Assembly: GCA_963844035.1 (NCBI GenBank)
Contig: CAWJMT010000037.1
Location: 128,001-192,000 of the forward strand
Length of the DNA: 64,000 bases
Direction of reading: 5' to 3'
From: an uncultured Gemmatimonadales bacterium
Lineage (GTDB): Bacteria > Gemmatimonadota > Gemmatimonadetes > Gemmatimonadales > GWC2-71-9
Under the pieces are notes generated by a model. The model saw only the letters and a program-made list of their open reading frames with translations, made no database searches and had not been told where the DNA came from. The position numbers and the translations under genes were made by a program. Positions 39,400 to 50,472 of this stretch are shown one piece after another; positions within the stretch are counted from its first letter, which is position 1, and every line of letters begins with the position of its first letter.

Positions 39400-39932
39400 C
39401 TAGTCGTTTACCAGCGTCAGCCGCACCACCATCTGGTATGCGCCGGGCGTATCGCTCGTCGGCGTAAACCGCGTGCGGTAGTACAGCGGAAGCGCGGTGC
39501 CGCCGGTCGGGCCGCCCCGTGCTGCTTCAGCGGGACCCGTGCTCAGGCTCGAGAAGCCGTCCGGTGGCGCTGCGTGCTCCAGGTCAGGTCGCTCGCGGGC
39601 TTGTCGAGCCGCGCCGAGCCATCCATCGCCGTCCAGACCTCCTGCGCCGCGCTGATGTGCAACTTCCAGGACCCGTTCGAGCGTACCACCGCGCTCGGGC
39701 CTGCACCGACCTGCGCGCCGTTCTGAATCGTCTCGGGGCTCGCCGTCGCAACGACGACGGGCGACCCTTGGAGCGACAGCCGGAGCACCGTCCCGACGTG
39801 CACCCGCACGGTGTTGGTGACCGTGCAGACCCGCTCCGTGCACTCCGTCGCGGAGGCGGTTCCGGCGCCGACCAGGACACTCGCGGCTGCGAGGGTGAGG
39901 GCGAGGCGGGTGCGGGTCAGGGTCTGGCTCAT
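39400..39932 (-). CDS. Secreted pilin-like subunit 4 (frameshift near 39565)
   Basis: AGGAGG RBS; signal; CTERVC; GTVLRLSL; GPSAVVRSN.SW.L; KPASDLTW; DTPGAYQMVVRLTL. Confidence 0.72.
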
Positions 39933-39979
39933 GGTCGGCTCCTAATCGGGTTCAGAGTTGTTCTTCTGCCCCAACCAAA

Positions 39980-39995
39980 AGCACGGACCATGCCG
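39980..39995 (-). promoter_or_regulatory. Candidate sigma54 -24/-12 promoter for pilin 4
   Basis: Minus strand CGGCATGGTCCGTGCT = GG-N10-GC; IHF-like TAACGTGTTG at 40011-40020. Confidence 0.55.
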
Positions 39996-40087
39996 ATCGA
40001 CCGATCTGCGTAACGTGTTGTTTCGCAGCGTCTTGCATGTTCTTGCCCCCGGGGCGCTCAGGGCTTCCAAGTAGTCGATGAATCCAG

Positions 40088-42602
40088 TCACCGTTTTCGC
40101 AACGCGACCTCGCGAATCAGCCGTTCGAGCGTCGCGAGGTCGAACGGCTTGGATACGGTGGGCGCTCCCGAATCCCGAATCAGGGCAGCGGTTTCGGGTT
40201 CGAGCGCGTCGCCGGTGCTGAAGATCAGCCGCGTGAGCAGCTCGGGGCGGTGCACCCGCAACTTCCCGAGGAAATCGCGGCCGTCCATGCCCGGCATCCG
40301 GACGTCCGATACGATGACATCGAAGGATTGTGCCTTCAGGGTGCTGAGTGCCTCGGCGCCGTCGCTCACCGCCGTCGCGTCCATACCGCGACGCGCGAGG
40401 TATTGGAGCATGGAGTTGCGCAGGCGCTGTTTCGTCCTCGAGGATGAGCACGTTGAGACGGCGCTCCGGGGTGCCGGAAATTCTGGTCTCGCTGGCCGGT
40501 CGGGATGCGGCGCGAGGATCGCGCGGCAGCTCGATCAGGAAGCGCGCTCCCCGGCCGGGCTCGGGCTCCACCCAGATGCGCCCGCCGTGGTCGCGTACGA
40601 TGCCGTAACAGGTCGAGAGGCCGAGCCCCGCGCCGACGCCTTCGGGCTTGGTCGTGAAGAAGGGTTCGAACACGCGGTTGCGGATGTCAGGTGGCACGCC
40701 CGGGCCGTTGTCGGACACCTCGAGCCGCACTTCGCGCTCCGACCCCCGCGAGCGCACGGTGAGCGCCCGCGGCGGGTCCACCGTCAAGAGCGCCTGCTCG
40801 GCGTTGATGACCAGGTTCAGGAGCAATTGCTGCAGCTCCGACGCGTTGGACCAGATCTTGGGATGGGCCGGGTCGAGATCGAGCGTGACGGTGACGTTCA
40901 CCGTAGTCAGGTGGTAGGTGCGCAACGCCACGGTCCGGCGGACGATGTCGTTCAGGTCGATCAGGGTGCGCTCTTTGCCGCCGGCGCGCGCGAAGGCCAG
41001 GAGATTCTGGGTGATGCGTCCGATGCGCGTGGCCTCGTCGTAGATCGTCTGGGCCATTTCCCGGTGATCGGACTTCAGATCGTCGAGCAACATGGTCTGG
41101 GCGGAGCCCGAGATGATCGCGGCGGGGTTGTTGATTTCGTGCGCCACGCCGCTGACGAGCTGCCCGATCGCTCCGAGCTTTTCGGCCTGCTGCAGCTGCG
41201 ACTCCCGGCGCTTCTGGTCGGTGACGTCGCGGATCAAGGCCAGGACCTGGGTCACGCGGTGGCCGTCGCGCACCGGCGCGTACAACACGGCCCCGGTCCC
41301 CCGGCGTCCGACCGCGCGCGGGAACGTCAGCTCGAAGGTGCGAACCTCTCCCAACACCGCGGCATCGAGGTTGAGCCGTGCGATCTCGAGCCCTTCAGCG
41401 TCCAGCACGTCGAACAGCGACCGCTCGGAGCCGTCCCCCGGCCCCTGCTTGGCGAACATGGCGCGGGCCGCCGAGTTCATGTCGAGACTGCGTCCATCGG
41501 GATCGAGCACCACCAGCGCGTCGGGAACCGCTTCCATCACGAGGCGGAGATTGCGCTCCGCCGCACCGGTCGCGGCGAGCGAGTCCAACAGCGATCGCGT
41601 CTGGGCCGCAACCTCACGCTCGAGCAGGCGGGCATACCCGCGCTCGGAACGCAGCGCGTAGAAAAATCGCGCGCCGAGAATGGCGATCCCTGCGCTGACC
41701 CACAGGGCCGTGACCGTTCCGGCCCCCGGGCGCGCGGCGCCCGCGAGCGCCAGAACCGCGATGCCGGCCACGGCGATCAGCACGGCAATGGCGCGGGTAG
41801 TCTCGCTCGACAGCCCGCGCGCGCTGCCGTCGGCCGCTCTCCAGGATTCCGGCGCGAGCGCCGCCGCCGCGGCGATCAGCAACAACCCGGCGTCCCATCC
41901 CAGGTCCAGGACCCCTCCCGGAGCGAACGTGCCGAGCAGCGACAGCCGCGCGTACAGCGGGTTCGTGGTGCAGAACACCACGACGCCGGCGGTGAGGAGC
42001 CCGGCGGTTCCGACCGGGAACCCGCGCCGCTGGACCATCTGCCGCAGAATCACCCACAGGACGGCCACGCCGCCGCACGCCCAGGCGATGCTGGTCGCGA
42101 TCGGCAGGAGCCCGGCGCCGGTCTGCAGCAGCGGGGACAGCAGGAATTCGTAGGCGAGCGCGGCCGCGGTGAACGTCACCAACCCCGCGTCGAGTGCGAC
42201 CTCCGGATCGGGGTGGCGGTGCGGCTGGATATTCAGGAGGTCCTGCACGGCGACGATGAAACAGGGATAGATGCCGAGGTAACCGATGTCGGCGAGCGAC
42301 GGGTAGGGCGGCGGGACACGGCGCACGAGCTCGTAGTAGTTCCACACGAGCTGGCCGAGCAGGAATGACCCGCACCCGAAGGCGATCCAACTCCACGCGC
42401 GGCGCTCTTCGCCCTCGGCGCGCTGCGCGGCGTACGCGCAACAGGCAACGGCGAGCAGGGCACACCACGTCCATGACGCATCCGCGATCAGCGCGCGGGA
42501 CCAACGGTCCGCGGGGCCAAACACGTAAGCGGAGACGCAGACCACGAGCGAAACGACGGCGGTCGCGGCGAGCGGGCGGGACAGACGGCTGAGGGATGCC
42601 AG
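40088..42602 (-). CDS. Membrane-bound hybrid sensor kinase (multi-TM, PAS, HisKA, HATPase, REC; frameshift near 40425)
   Basis: PYPSLADIGYL multi-TM input; EKLGAIGQLVSGVAHEINNP; NLVINA; FEPFFTTK; GLGLS; IVSDVRMP; start uncertain (possible CTG at 42602 after GGGAG). Confidence 0.9.
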
Positions 42603-42679
42603 GGCGAGCTCCCACGCTAACCTAACGCCCGCTGGGCAGCGGGACTAGGGACTTAGTGACATGATTCCGCCGGGTTGTT

Positions 42680-45334
42680 ATGGTAGAAGTGTTGACCGGA
42701 CTCATTTTCTATCTCATCGCGCACACGCACTGGGACCGGGAGTGGTACCTCCCTCGGGCCGCCTTCCAGGCGCGCCTCATCCCCGTGCTCGACGACCTGA
42801 TCGAGCGGCTCGAGCGCGATCCTGGGTACCGCTCGTTCCTGCTCGACGGGCAGACCGTCCTCCTGCATGACTACTTCCAGGTGCGGCCGGAGCGGGAGGC
42901 GCAGGTACGCGCGCTGGTGAAGACCGGCCGCCTGCAGATTGGCCCGTGGTACGTGCTCGCCGACGAGCTGATTCCGTCGGGGGAGGCGCTCGTGCGCAAC
43001 CTGCTGCTCGGCGCGGCGGACTGCGAACGGCTCGGCGGGCGGAGCGACGTGCTCTATTCCCCCGACGCGTTCGGACATCCCGCCGTGCTGCCCACGCTGG
43101 CGCGGGAGTTCGGCATCAAGCACGGCGTCCTGTGGCGCGGGCTCGGTGGAGAAGCCGGCGAAGAGCGCGACACCTACAGCTGGCGCGGGCCGGACGGCAA
43201 GGAGATCGCGCTGTGGCACCTCCCCCCCGCCGGATACGGAGTTGGCGCCGATCTCCCGGCCGACCCCGACCGCCTGCCGGCCGCGTGGACGGCGGTGCGA
43301 CGCGCGCTCGTGGCGCGCGCGGCAGGCCATCATGTGGCGGTGTTCGTTGGTGCCGATCACCACGCGGCCCACCCGGACATGCCCCGGCTGCGCGATCTGC
43401 TTGCCGAGCTCGAGCCCGAAAACGCGTTTCGCGTCTCGCGGCTCGACGAGTTCTGCCGCGGGGCGGAAACCACCAAGCCGCAAGTGCTGAGCGGCGAGCT
43501 GCGCTGGTCCTATCGCTACACGTGGACGCTGCAGGGCGTGCACGGGACCCGCGCACCGCTCAAGCGCCGCAATTCCGAGCTGGAGCTGTGGCTCGAGCGG
43601 TTTGCCGAGCCGCTCACCGTGCTGGCGCGGCGCGCGGGTGGGCGTGACCGGCGCCCGTTGCTCGACCACGCCTGGCGCACCCTGGTCGGCTGTCAGTTTC
43701 ACGACGTGATCGCCGGCACCGTGAGCGATGCGGTGGCGCAATCGGTGGCCGCGCGGCACGACGCGGTCGAGGCGATGGCCCGCGAGCTGGTGCGCGACAG
43801 CGTACGCGAGCTGGTGCACCACGATCCCGATGCGGTGCGGGAACGGGCGGTCCCGCAGCGGCCCTCGCTCGTCGTGTGGAACCCCGCGGCCCGCGCGCGC
43901 GGCGGAGTCACCGTCGCGGATGTGACGCTGTTCCGTCGCGACGTGCGCGTCGGGCCTCCGCCGCACAAAGCGGTGCGTGAGGGTGCGGGATTCGTGCCGT
44001 TCGGACTGACGGCGCCGGGCGGGGAACCGGTCGGGGTCCAGGTGCTGGGCGTCACTCCCGGCACGGAGCGGCTCGAGGCGTCGCGGCACTATCCCGATCT
44101 CGACGAAGTCGTGCGCGTCCGGGTCGCGTTCCCCGCGCCCCCGGTCCCGGGCCTCGGTCTCGCCATCTGGTCCCTCTCGGCGCCGCGCGCCCTCGGGACG
44201 GACGATGGCGTGAGGGTGCGACGAAGCACCTTGATCAACCGTTTCGTTGAAGTCTCGCTCGATGCCGCCGGCACGCTCACGCTGGTGGACCGGCGCACCG
44301 GCGAGCGGTTCAGCGACCTCCTGCATCTCGAAATCGAGCGCGACGCCGGCGACACCTACACGTATTGCCCGGTGCCGGGCGTGGACGTGGTGCGCGCGCG
44401 GGCGCCGATCAAGCTGCGGCGGCTTGCTTCCGGTCCGCTGGTGGCGGCGCTCGAGGCCCGGTTCGTCATGGCGGAACGGGGTCGCGAGAGGGTGGGGCGT
44501 GTGGACGTGCGTCTCGTCGTCACCCTGCACGCCGACAGCCCGGTGGCGCGCTGCGTGATTGAGCTGGACAACCGGGCCACGAACCATCGCGTGCGGGCGC
44601 GCATTCCCACCCGGCTGGCCGGCGTGCCGGCGGTGGCCGGGACGGCGTTCGGCGCGATGGCGCGCGCGGCGATGGTGACCGACGCCGCCAACTTTCCGCT
44701 CGAGGCGCCGGTCGCGACGGCGCCGGCACACCGGTTCGTCGCGGCGGCGCAGGGACGCCGCGGCCTCGCGCTGTTCGCGCCCGGATTTTTCGAGTACGAA
44801 TGGACGCCGCAGGGCGATCTTCTGTTGACGCTGCTCCGAGCGGTGGGCGAGCTGTCCCGCAATGATCTGGCGACCCGTGCGGGACATGCGGCGTGGCCCA
44901 CCGCGACTCCGGGGGCGCAGTGCCTGGGCGTGACGCGCATCGAAGCCGGGCTGGCACCGGTGTCGGCGTTGGAGATCGAGCGCGGCGACGTGCTGCCCAT
45001 GTGGTGGGAGGACTGCTTCGTTCCGTTGCGCGGGTTCTGGCTGCGGGATGCCGGCGACCTCACGCCGTCGTCCACCGACATCGTGCTCGAAGGGCCCGGG
45101 CTGGTGATGTCGGCCGTGAAGGCGGCGCAAGCAGGATCGCCGCTGGTGCTGCGGTGCTACAACGCGACCGGAGGGAAAGTGGCGGGGGCGTGGCGTCTGG
45201 GGGACGGAGCACGGACCGCGCATCGGGTGCGCGCCGACGAGCGCGAGTCGGCGCCGCTGGTGCTCGAGGGCCGCGGGCACAGAGTCCGATTCGTCGCCGA
45301 GCCGTACGAAATCGTCACGATCCTGGTGACGTGA
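42680..45334 (+). CDS. Glycoside hydrolase family 38 (alpha-mannosidase/MngB-like)
   Basis: HTHWDREWY, FLLDGQ, IGPWYVLADE..SGEALVRNL, PDAFGH, QFHDVIAG, LTLLRAVG. Confidence 0.93.
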   Translation: MVEVLTGLIFYLIAHTHWDREWYLPRAAFQARLIPVLDDLIERLERDPGYRSFLLDGQTVLLHDYFQVRPEREAQVRALVKTGRLQIGPWYVLADELIPSGEALVRNLLLGAADCERLGGRSDVLYSPDAFGHPAVLPTLAREFGIKHGVLWRGLGGEAGEERDTYSWRGPDGKEIALWHLPPAGYGVGADLPADPDRLPAAWTAVRRALVARAAGHHVAVFVGADHHAAHPDMPRLRDLLAELEPENAFRVSRLDEFCRGAETTKPQVLSGELRWSYRYTWTLQGVHGTRAPLKRRNSELELWLERFAEPLTVLARRAGGRDRRPLLDHAWRTLVGCQFHDVIAGTVSDAVAQSVAARHDAVEAMARELVRDSVRELVHHDPDAVRERAVPQRPSLVVWNPAARARGGVTVADVTLFRRDVRVGPPPHKAVREGAGFVPFGLTAPGGEPVGVQVLGVTPGTERLEASRHYPDLDEVVRVRVAFPAPPVPGLGLAIWSLSAPRALGTDDGVRVRRSTLINRFVEVSLDAAGTLTLVDRRTGERFSDLLHLEIERDAGDTYTYCPVPGVDVVRARAPIKLRRLASGPLVAALEARFVMAERGRERVGRVDVRLVVTLHADSPVARCVIELDNRATNHRVRARIPTRLAGVPAVAGTAFGAMARAAMVTDAANFPLEAPVATAPAHRFVAAAQGRRGLALFAPGFFEYEWTPQGDLLLTLLRAVGELSRNDLATRAGHAAWPTATPGAQCLGVTRIEAGLAPVSALEIERGDVLPMWWEDCFVPLRGFWLRDAGDLTPSSTDIVLEGPGLVMSAVKAAQAGSPLVLRCYNATGGKVAGAWRLGDGARTAHRVRADERESAPLVLEGRGHRVRFVAEPYEIVTILVT

Positions 45335-45344
45335 GGGCCATGGA

Positions 45345-46021
45345 ATGATTCGCGAGCGCCACATCACCGTGCCACGCACCGCGCGCTACTACACGCTCGG
45401 GGAGCCAGGCGCAAGGACAACCGAGGTCTGGTTCGCGCTGCACGGCTACGGTCAGCTCGCGGCAGCATTTCTGAGCGCCCTCGAGCCGCTCGACGACGGC
45501 TCGCGCCTGATCGTCGCTCCGGAGGCACTGTCCCGGTTCTATCTCGGCGGAGTAGGCAGCCGAGCCGCGGCGGAGCGCGCCGTCGGCGCGGCCTGGATGA
45601 CGCGCGAAGATCGGCTGGCGGAGATCGACGACCAGGTGCGCTATCTGGACGCGGTCACGCGGAGGTGCTCTCCGGCCTCGCGCCCAATCACACCGCGCGT
45701 GTGCGTGCTGGGGTTTTCGCAAGGGACGACGGCCGCGGCGCGGTGGCTCGCGCTCGGAACGGCGCGCGTCGAGCGCTTGATTCTGTGGGGTGGCGAGCTG
45801 CCGCCGGACCTCGATCTGTCGGCGCAGGCGCGAGCGGTTGGCGCGGGTCGATCTCACGCTCGTCGCCGGCACGCGGGACGACTACATCACCGGCCAAGAT
45901 CCTCGAGCGTGAGCGCCGGCGGCTCGAAGCGGCCGCGATCCCGTTCCGGGTGGTGCCATTCGCCGGCGGGCATGAGATCGACCCTGCGGTGTTGCGGCAG
46001 GTGGCGGGCGTGCGCGAGTAA
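45345..46021 (+). CDS. Phospholipase/carboxylesterase-type alpha/beta hydrolase (frameshifted)
   Basis: LHGYG, GFSQG nucleophile motif, FAGGHEI in ORF 45665..46021. Confidence 0.85.
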
Positions 46022-46152
46022 ACTCGCGGCTCGGCCGCTGCCCGTAAACGGGCTTAGTGCCGCCGCTTGAGCGGCAGACGCCGAGCCGCGGCTTCAGCCG
46101 CGGATCCCTGGCCGCGTCCCGACAACGTGAACAACGTCCTTGTCATCGACAC

Positions 46153-47002
46153 CTAGCGCCCCTTCCCGCCTTCGCTCGCGAGCCAGTCGCGCAGCGCGTC
46201 GCCGACGAGCGTGCATGCCATCACCACGAGAACCAGAGCGACACCTGGCGCGGCGGCAATCCAGGGCGCGTTGATGAGCGTGTCGCGACCGGACGCGATC
46301 ATGTTGCCCCACGACGCCGCGGGCGGCTGCACCCCCAATCCTAAGAACGAGAGCCCCGCCTCGAGCAGGATCGCGTTACCCACGCCCAGTGCCGCTGCCA
46401 CGATCACCGGCGTCAACGCGTTGGGGAGGATGTGCCGCCACAGCACTCGGCTGCGGCGCGCCCCCAGGGCGATCGCACCGTCCACGAAGGGACGCACGGC
46501 GAGGGCCCGAACTTCGCGCGTACACGAGCCGTGCAACCGTCATCCATCCGGTGCAGCCGAGCACCAGGATCACCAGGGTCGTGCTCGGTTGCCACAGCGA
46601 GGCGAGCAACAGCAGGAGCACCACGCGTGGCAGCGCCAACGCGAAGTCGGTCACACCCAGCAACACCACGCTCACGCCCCGGGGCGCGTATCCCGCGGTG
46701 GCGCCCACCGCGACTCCGAGCACGACCGAGAGCAGCACGGCGAGCGCACTCACCGACAGAGAAATCCGGGCGCCGTAGACCAGACGCGTCCAGATGTCGC
46801 GCCCGAAGCGGTCGGTGCCGAGCAGGTGCAGGGCGTGGTAACGGTCGATGGTGAGCGGCGGGAGGAAGCGGGTGGCGGCCACGTGGTGTTGGGCGGTCGG
46901 CGCGCCGGATGTGACCAGCGGCGCGGCGGCGGCGAGCAACACCATCGTGGCCAGCAGGGTCACGCCCAGCGCGGCCCGCCGATCGTTCCAGAGACGGATC
47001 AC
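46153..47002 (-). CDS. Peptide/nickel-type ABC permease DppC/OppC (frameshift near 46515)
   Basis: LGTDRFGRDIWTRLVYGARISL; RHILPN; EAGLSFLGLGVQPP.ASWG. Confidence 0.92.
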
Positions 47003-47976
47003 CGCAGACGCCCCCGGGTGCGCATCCGGGGATCGACCCACACCGCGAGCCCATCCGCGAGCAGATTGCCCGCGACCACGAGCACCGCGCTCACCGTGGT
47101 GGCCGCCAGCACCACCGGATAGTCGCGGGCATGAACGGCATCGACGAGGACGCGGCCGACCCCCGGCCACGCGAATACCGCTTCGACGAATACGGCGCCC
47201 GAGAAGAGGGCAGGGAGCGAGAGCCCCAGCAGGACGACAATGGGCACGAGCGCGTTGCGGAGCACGTGGTGCAGCATCACGCGCGCCGGAGTCGCGCCTT
47301 TTGCGCGTGCGGTCGTGACGTAGCCTTGCGTCGCGACGTCGAGCATCGCGCCCCGGACATAGCGGGCCCACCCCCCGGCGCCGATCAGCGTCAACGTCGC
47401 GAGCGGGAGCGCGAGGTGTCGCAGTCGGTCGGAAATGCGGGGCCAGCCCGAGAGGAGATCGGCGTCGAGGCCGGCGGCGCCGAAGGCGGGCAGCACCCGG
47501 GCCCAGTAGGTGAACACCGCGACCAACATGAGCCCCAGCCAGTAGCCCGGCACCGCGAACAGTGTCACGCTCGCCGCCGAAAGCGCCGTGTCGAGCCGCG
47601 AGCCGCTCACCGCCGCTTGCACCGCCCCCACCGCCAGGCCCAGCAGGGTGCTCAGCAGCAGCGACAGGCCGACGAGCTGTACCGTCGCCGGCCACGCCTC
47701 ACCGAGCAGCGTGCGCACCGGCCGGCCGGTGGCGATGCTGGTGCCCCAGTCGCCGCGCACCGCCCGGCCGACCCAGGTGATGAATTGTGCCGCGACGGGG
47801 CGATCCAGGCCGAGGACGTGGCGCTGAGCGGCGAGCTGCGCGGCCGTGGCTGTGGGCGCGAGCAGGCGTGCCGCGGGATCGCCGGGCGCCAGGCGCAGCA
47901 GCAGGAACGTGAGGGCGACGACGCCCCCGACGACCGCGAGACCGGCGATCGCGCGGCGCCCGAACGCGGCGAGCAT
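46999..47976 (-). CDS. Peptide/nickel-type ABC permease DppB/OppB
   Basis: LAPGDPA, GDWGTS, YVTTARAKG, HVLRNAL, VEAVFAWPGVG, RDYPVV, DPR. Confidence 0.95.
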   Translation of the reverse strand: MLAAFGRRAIAGLAVVGGVVALTFLLLRLAPGDPAARLLAPTATAAQLAAQRHVLGLDRPVAAQFITWVGRAVRGDWGTSIATGRPVRTLLGEAWPATVQLVGLSLLLSTLLGLAVGAVQAAVSGSRLDTALSAASVTLFAVPGYWLGLMLVAVFTYWARVLPAFGAAGLDADLLSGWPRISDRLRHLALPLATLTLIGAGGWARYVRGAMLDVATQGYVTTARAKGATPARVMLHHVLRNALVPIVVLLGLSLPALFSGAVFVEAVFAWPGVGRVLVDAVHARDYPVVLAATTVSAVLVVAGNLLADGLAVWVDPRMRTRGRLR

Positions 47977-48022
47977 GCGTGAGAATCTCGCGTGGCTCCG
48001 AGGGCGCCGCTAGAATGCAGCC

Positions 48023-49465
48023 GTGCTGCGACGCGCGCTCTGGGGCCTGTCCACGGTTGGAGTCTGGGGAACGCTGGCGTGCGGGGCGGGGCCGCGTCCG
48101 CCGCGCTCGGTGGTGTTTGCCACCGGCGCCGATTTGCAGACCGTCAACCCGCTCGTGACGATCCATCCGTTTGCGAAGCAGGTAGAGCGGTACGTGCTGC
48201 TCACCACGCTCATCCGTTACGATGCCGAGCTCAAGCCCCAGCCGTACCTGGCGCGCAGCTGGCGTTGGTCTCCCGATCGCCGCTCGCTCGTCTTCGCGCT
48301 GGCCACCGGGGTGCGCTGGAGTGACGGCCGGCCGACGATCGCCCGCGACGTCGCGTGGACCATCAGCACCGCGCGCGACGCCGCGACCGGCTATCCCCGC
48401 ATGGACGACTTGAGCGGCATCGCCTTCGTCAACGATCCGAATGACTCCACGGTGATCGTGCGGTTTGCGAACCCGCAGGCGGACCTGTTGGACGTGTTCA
48501 CCGACCTCGCCATCCTGCCGGCGCACCTGCTCGACACGGTGCCGCCGGAACGGTTGCGGCAGGCGGCCTGGAACGAACACCCGGTGAGCAACGGACCGTT
48601 TCGGTTCGTGCTCCACGAAACCAATCGCCGCTGGGTATTCGAAGCGAACCGGGAGTTCCCGGCGGAGCTCGGCGGCCCCCCCTGGATCCAGCGCTTCGTG
48701 GTCGTCGTGGTGGACGATCCCAGCACCAAGCTCGCGGCGCTCACGGCAGGCGAGGTCGATTTCGCCGGGATCCAACCCGCCCATGCGGCCTTCGTGCGGC
48801 GCGATCCGCGACTCAAGCTGCTCGACTACCCCGTGCTCCTGCCGTATGGCTTGGTCTTCAACACCCGCGCCGCCCCGTTCGACGATCGGCGCGTGCGCCT
48901 GGCGGCGGCGCTGGCCGTAGACCGCCAGGAAATCGTCGACGGCTATCTGTACGGCTTCGGTACGCCGGCCTACGGACCGCTGCCCCCCGGGGTGGATGCG
49001 ATTGCGCCTCCCCGCACCCTCCCGACCGATCCCGATTCGTCGCTGCGGCTGCTTGGCGGGCGGCGCATCGCCTTCGATCTGCTGACGGTCGGCTCGGGCG
49101 AAGCGCCGCTCGAGCAGATGCTCCAGGCGCAGCTCGCACGTGCGGGGTTCGACGTGCGGATTCGCCAGGTCGAGCTGACGGCGTTCCTCGACCGCGTGTA
49201 CGGGCCGCGGCGCGACTTTGAAGCGGCAGTGATCGGCATTCCGGGGGACCTCGGGCTCGGCTATCTGCAGACCCTGGCGCGGATCGCGGGGGTCAGGCCC
49301 CGCGCCGATCCCGCCGCCGCGGCGCGGATGTTTCGCGACTCGTTGCCGGTCGCGTTCCTCTATCATGCCCGCGGCGTGCAGGGGATCAGCCGGCGGGTGC
49401 AGGGGGTGCGCATGGATTTGCGCGGCGAGCTGCCGACCATCGCCCATTGGCGGACGGCCCAGTGA
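48023..49465 (+). CDS. Family 5 (peptide-type) ABC substrate-binding lipoprotein
   Basis: TLAC lipobox; PYLARSW, VRWSDG.P..ARDV, P.SNGPF, PFDDRRVR.A. Confidence 0.9.
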   Translation: MLRRALWGLSTVGVWGTLACGAGPRPPRSVVFATGADLQTVNPLVTIHPFAKQVERYVLLTTLIRYDAELKPQPYLARSWRWSPDRRSLVFALATGVRWSDGRPTIARDVAWTISTARDAATGYPRMDDLSGIAFVNDPNDSTVIVRFANPQADLLDVFTDLAILPAHLLDTVPPERLRQAAWNEHPVSNGPFRFVLHETNRRWVFEANREFPAELGGPPWIQRFVVVVVDDPSTKLAALTAGEVDFAGIQPAHAAFVRRDPRLKLLDYPVLLPYGLVFNTRAAPFDDRRVRLAAALAVDRQEIVDGYLYGFGTPAYGPLPPGVDAIAPPRTLPTDPDSSLRLLGGRRIAFDLLTVGSGEAPLEQMLQAQLARAGFDVRIRQVELTAFLDRVYGPRRDFEAAVIGIPGDLGLGYLQTLARIAGVRPRADPAAAARMFRDSLPVAFLYHARGVQGISRRVQGVRMDLRGELPTIAHWRTAQ

Positions 49466-50472
49466 GGCGGCGCGACCTTCCAACCCAGTTCCGCGCCACG
49501 GCCCCGGTGCGGCTCGACTTCGCCGGCGGTTGGACCGACGTGCCGCCGTTCTCGGCGCGCGAGGGCGGGATCGTCGTCAACGCCGCCATCCGGCTCCTGG
49601 TGCACGTCGAGCTGAAACTCGGCGGTGACCGAACCAAACTGGCCGCGCTCGATCTCAACGAGGAAGTCGAGTCCGAGAACGCGGCGGCGTTCGCCATGGA
49701 CGGGCGGCTGACGCTGCACAAGGCGGCGCTCCGCATGTTTCCGCCCCAGACCGCCTGCACCTTGACCACCCGCTCCGACGTTCCACCGGGCTCGGGGCTC
49801 GGGAGCTCGGGCGCGCTCGACGTGGCGCTGATCGCAGCCCTGGCGCAGGCTCGTGGTGAGCGCCTGTCGCCCCAGGAGATCGCGGAGCACGGTTGGTATC
49901 TTGAGGCGGTGGAGGCGAAAATTCCTGGCGGCAAGCAGGACCAGTTTGCCGCCAGCCTGGGCGGGTTCCATCGCATGACGTTTCGCGATCCGGATGTCGG
50001 CATCGAGCCGATCACGCTCGCTCCCGATTTTGCCGCGACTCTCGAGCGGCACACCGTGCTGTGCTACACGGGTGAGTCCCGCGTTTCCGGTGCCACGATC
50101 GCCCGTGTGATGGATGCGTATGAACGCGGCGACTCCGGCGTTACGGCCGCGTTGCGCGCGCTCAAAGAAACGGCCGCTCGGATGGCGGATGCCCTGCGCG
50201 CTGCCGACTTGGAGGGAGTGGGGACTCTGCTGACCGAGAATTGGCGTCATCAGCAGGCCCTCGATCCCGCGATGCGCACCGCTCCGATGGCGGACCTGGA
50301 ACGGGCGATGACGGATGCCGGCTTGCTCGGGAGCAAGGCGGCCGGCTCGGGGGCCGGAGGGTGCATGATGTTTCTGGTGCGCGATCCCGGGACGGCCGCG
50401 GCGGCAGCGCGTGCCGCCGGGGCAGTGATCCTGCCGGTCGCGTGGGCCCGAGAGGGAGTGCAAGTATGGTGA
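49462..50472 (+). CDS. GHMP family sugar kinase (HddA/fucokinase-like)
   Basis: APVRLDFAGGWTD, PPGSGLGSS, GGKQDQ, GSGAGGC. Confidence 0.9.
   Translation: MRRRDLPTQFRATAPVRLDFAGGWTDVPPFSAREGGIVVNAAIRLLVHVELKLGGDRTKLAALDLNEEVESENAAAFAMDGRLTLHKAALRMFPPQTACTLTTRSDVPPGSGLGSSGALDVALIAALAQARGERLSPQEIAEHGWYLEAVEAKIPGGKQDQFAASLGGFHRMTFRDPDVGIEPITLAPDFAATLERHTVLCYTGESRVSGATIARVMDAYERGDSGVTAALRALKETAARMADALRAADLEGVGTLLTENWRHQQALDPAMRTAPMADLERAMTDAGLLGSKAAGSGAGGCMMFLVRDPGTAAAAARAAGAVILPVAWAREGVQVW

Noticed and set aside
42628..42643. Perfect small palindrome CCCGCTG-GG-CAGCGGG, and similar GC hairpins near 46058-46103
   Set aside because: Short GC-rich stems without U-tracts are expected by chance at this GC content.
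16090..42660. Surface-structure block as a mobile genomic island
   Set aside because: No integrase, transposase, tRNA or flanking direct repeat was found by eye; accessory status remains an inference.
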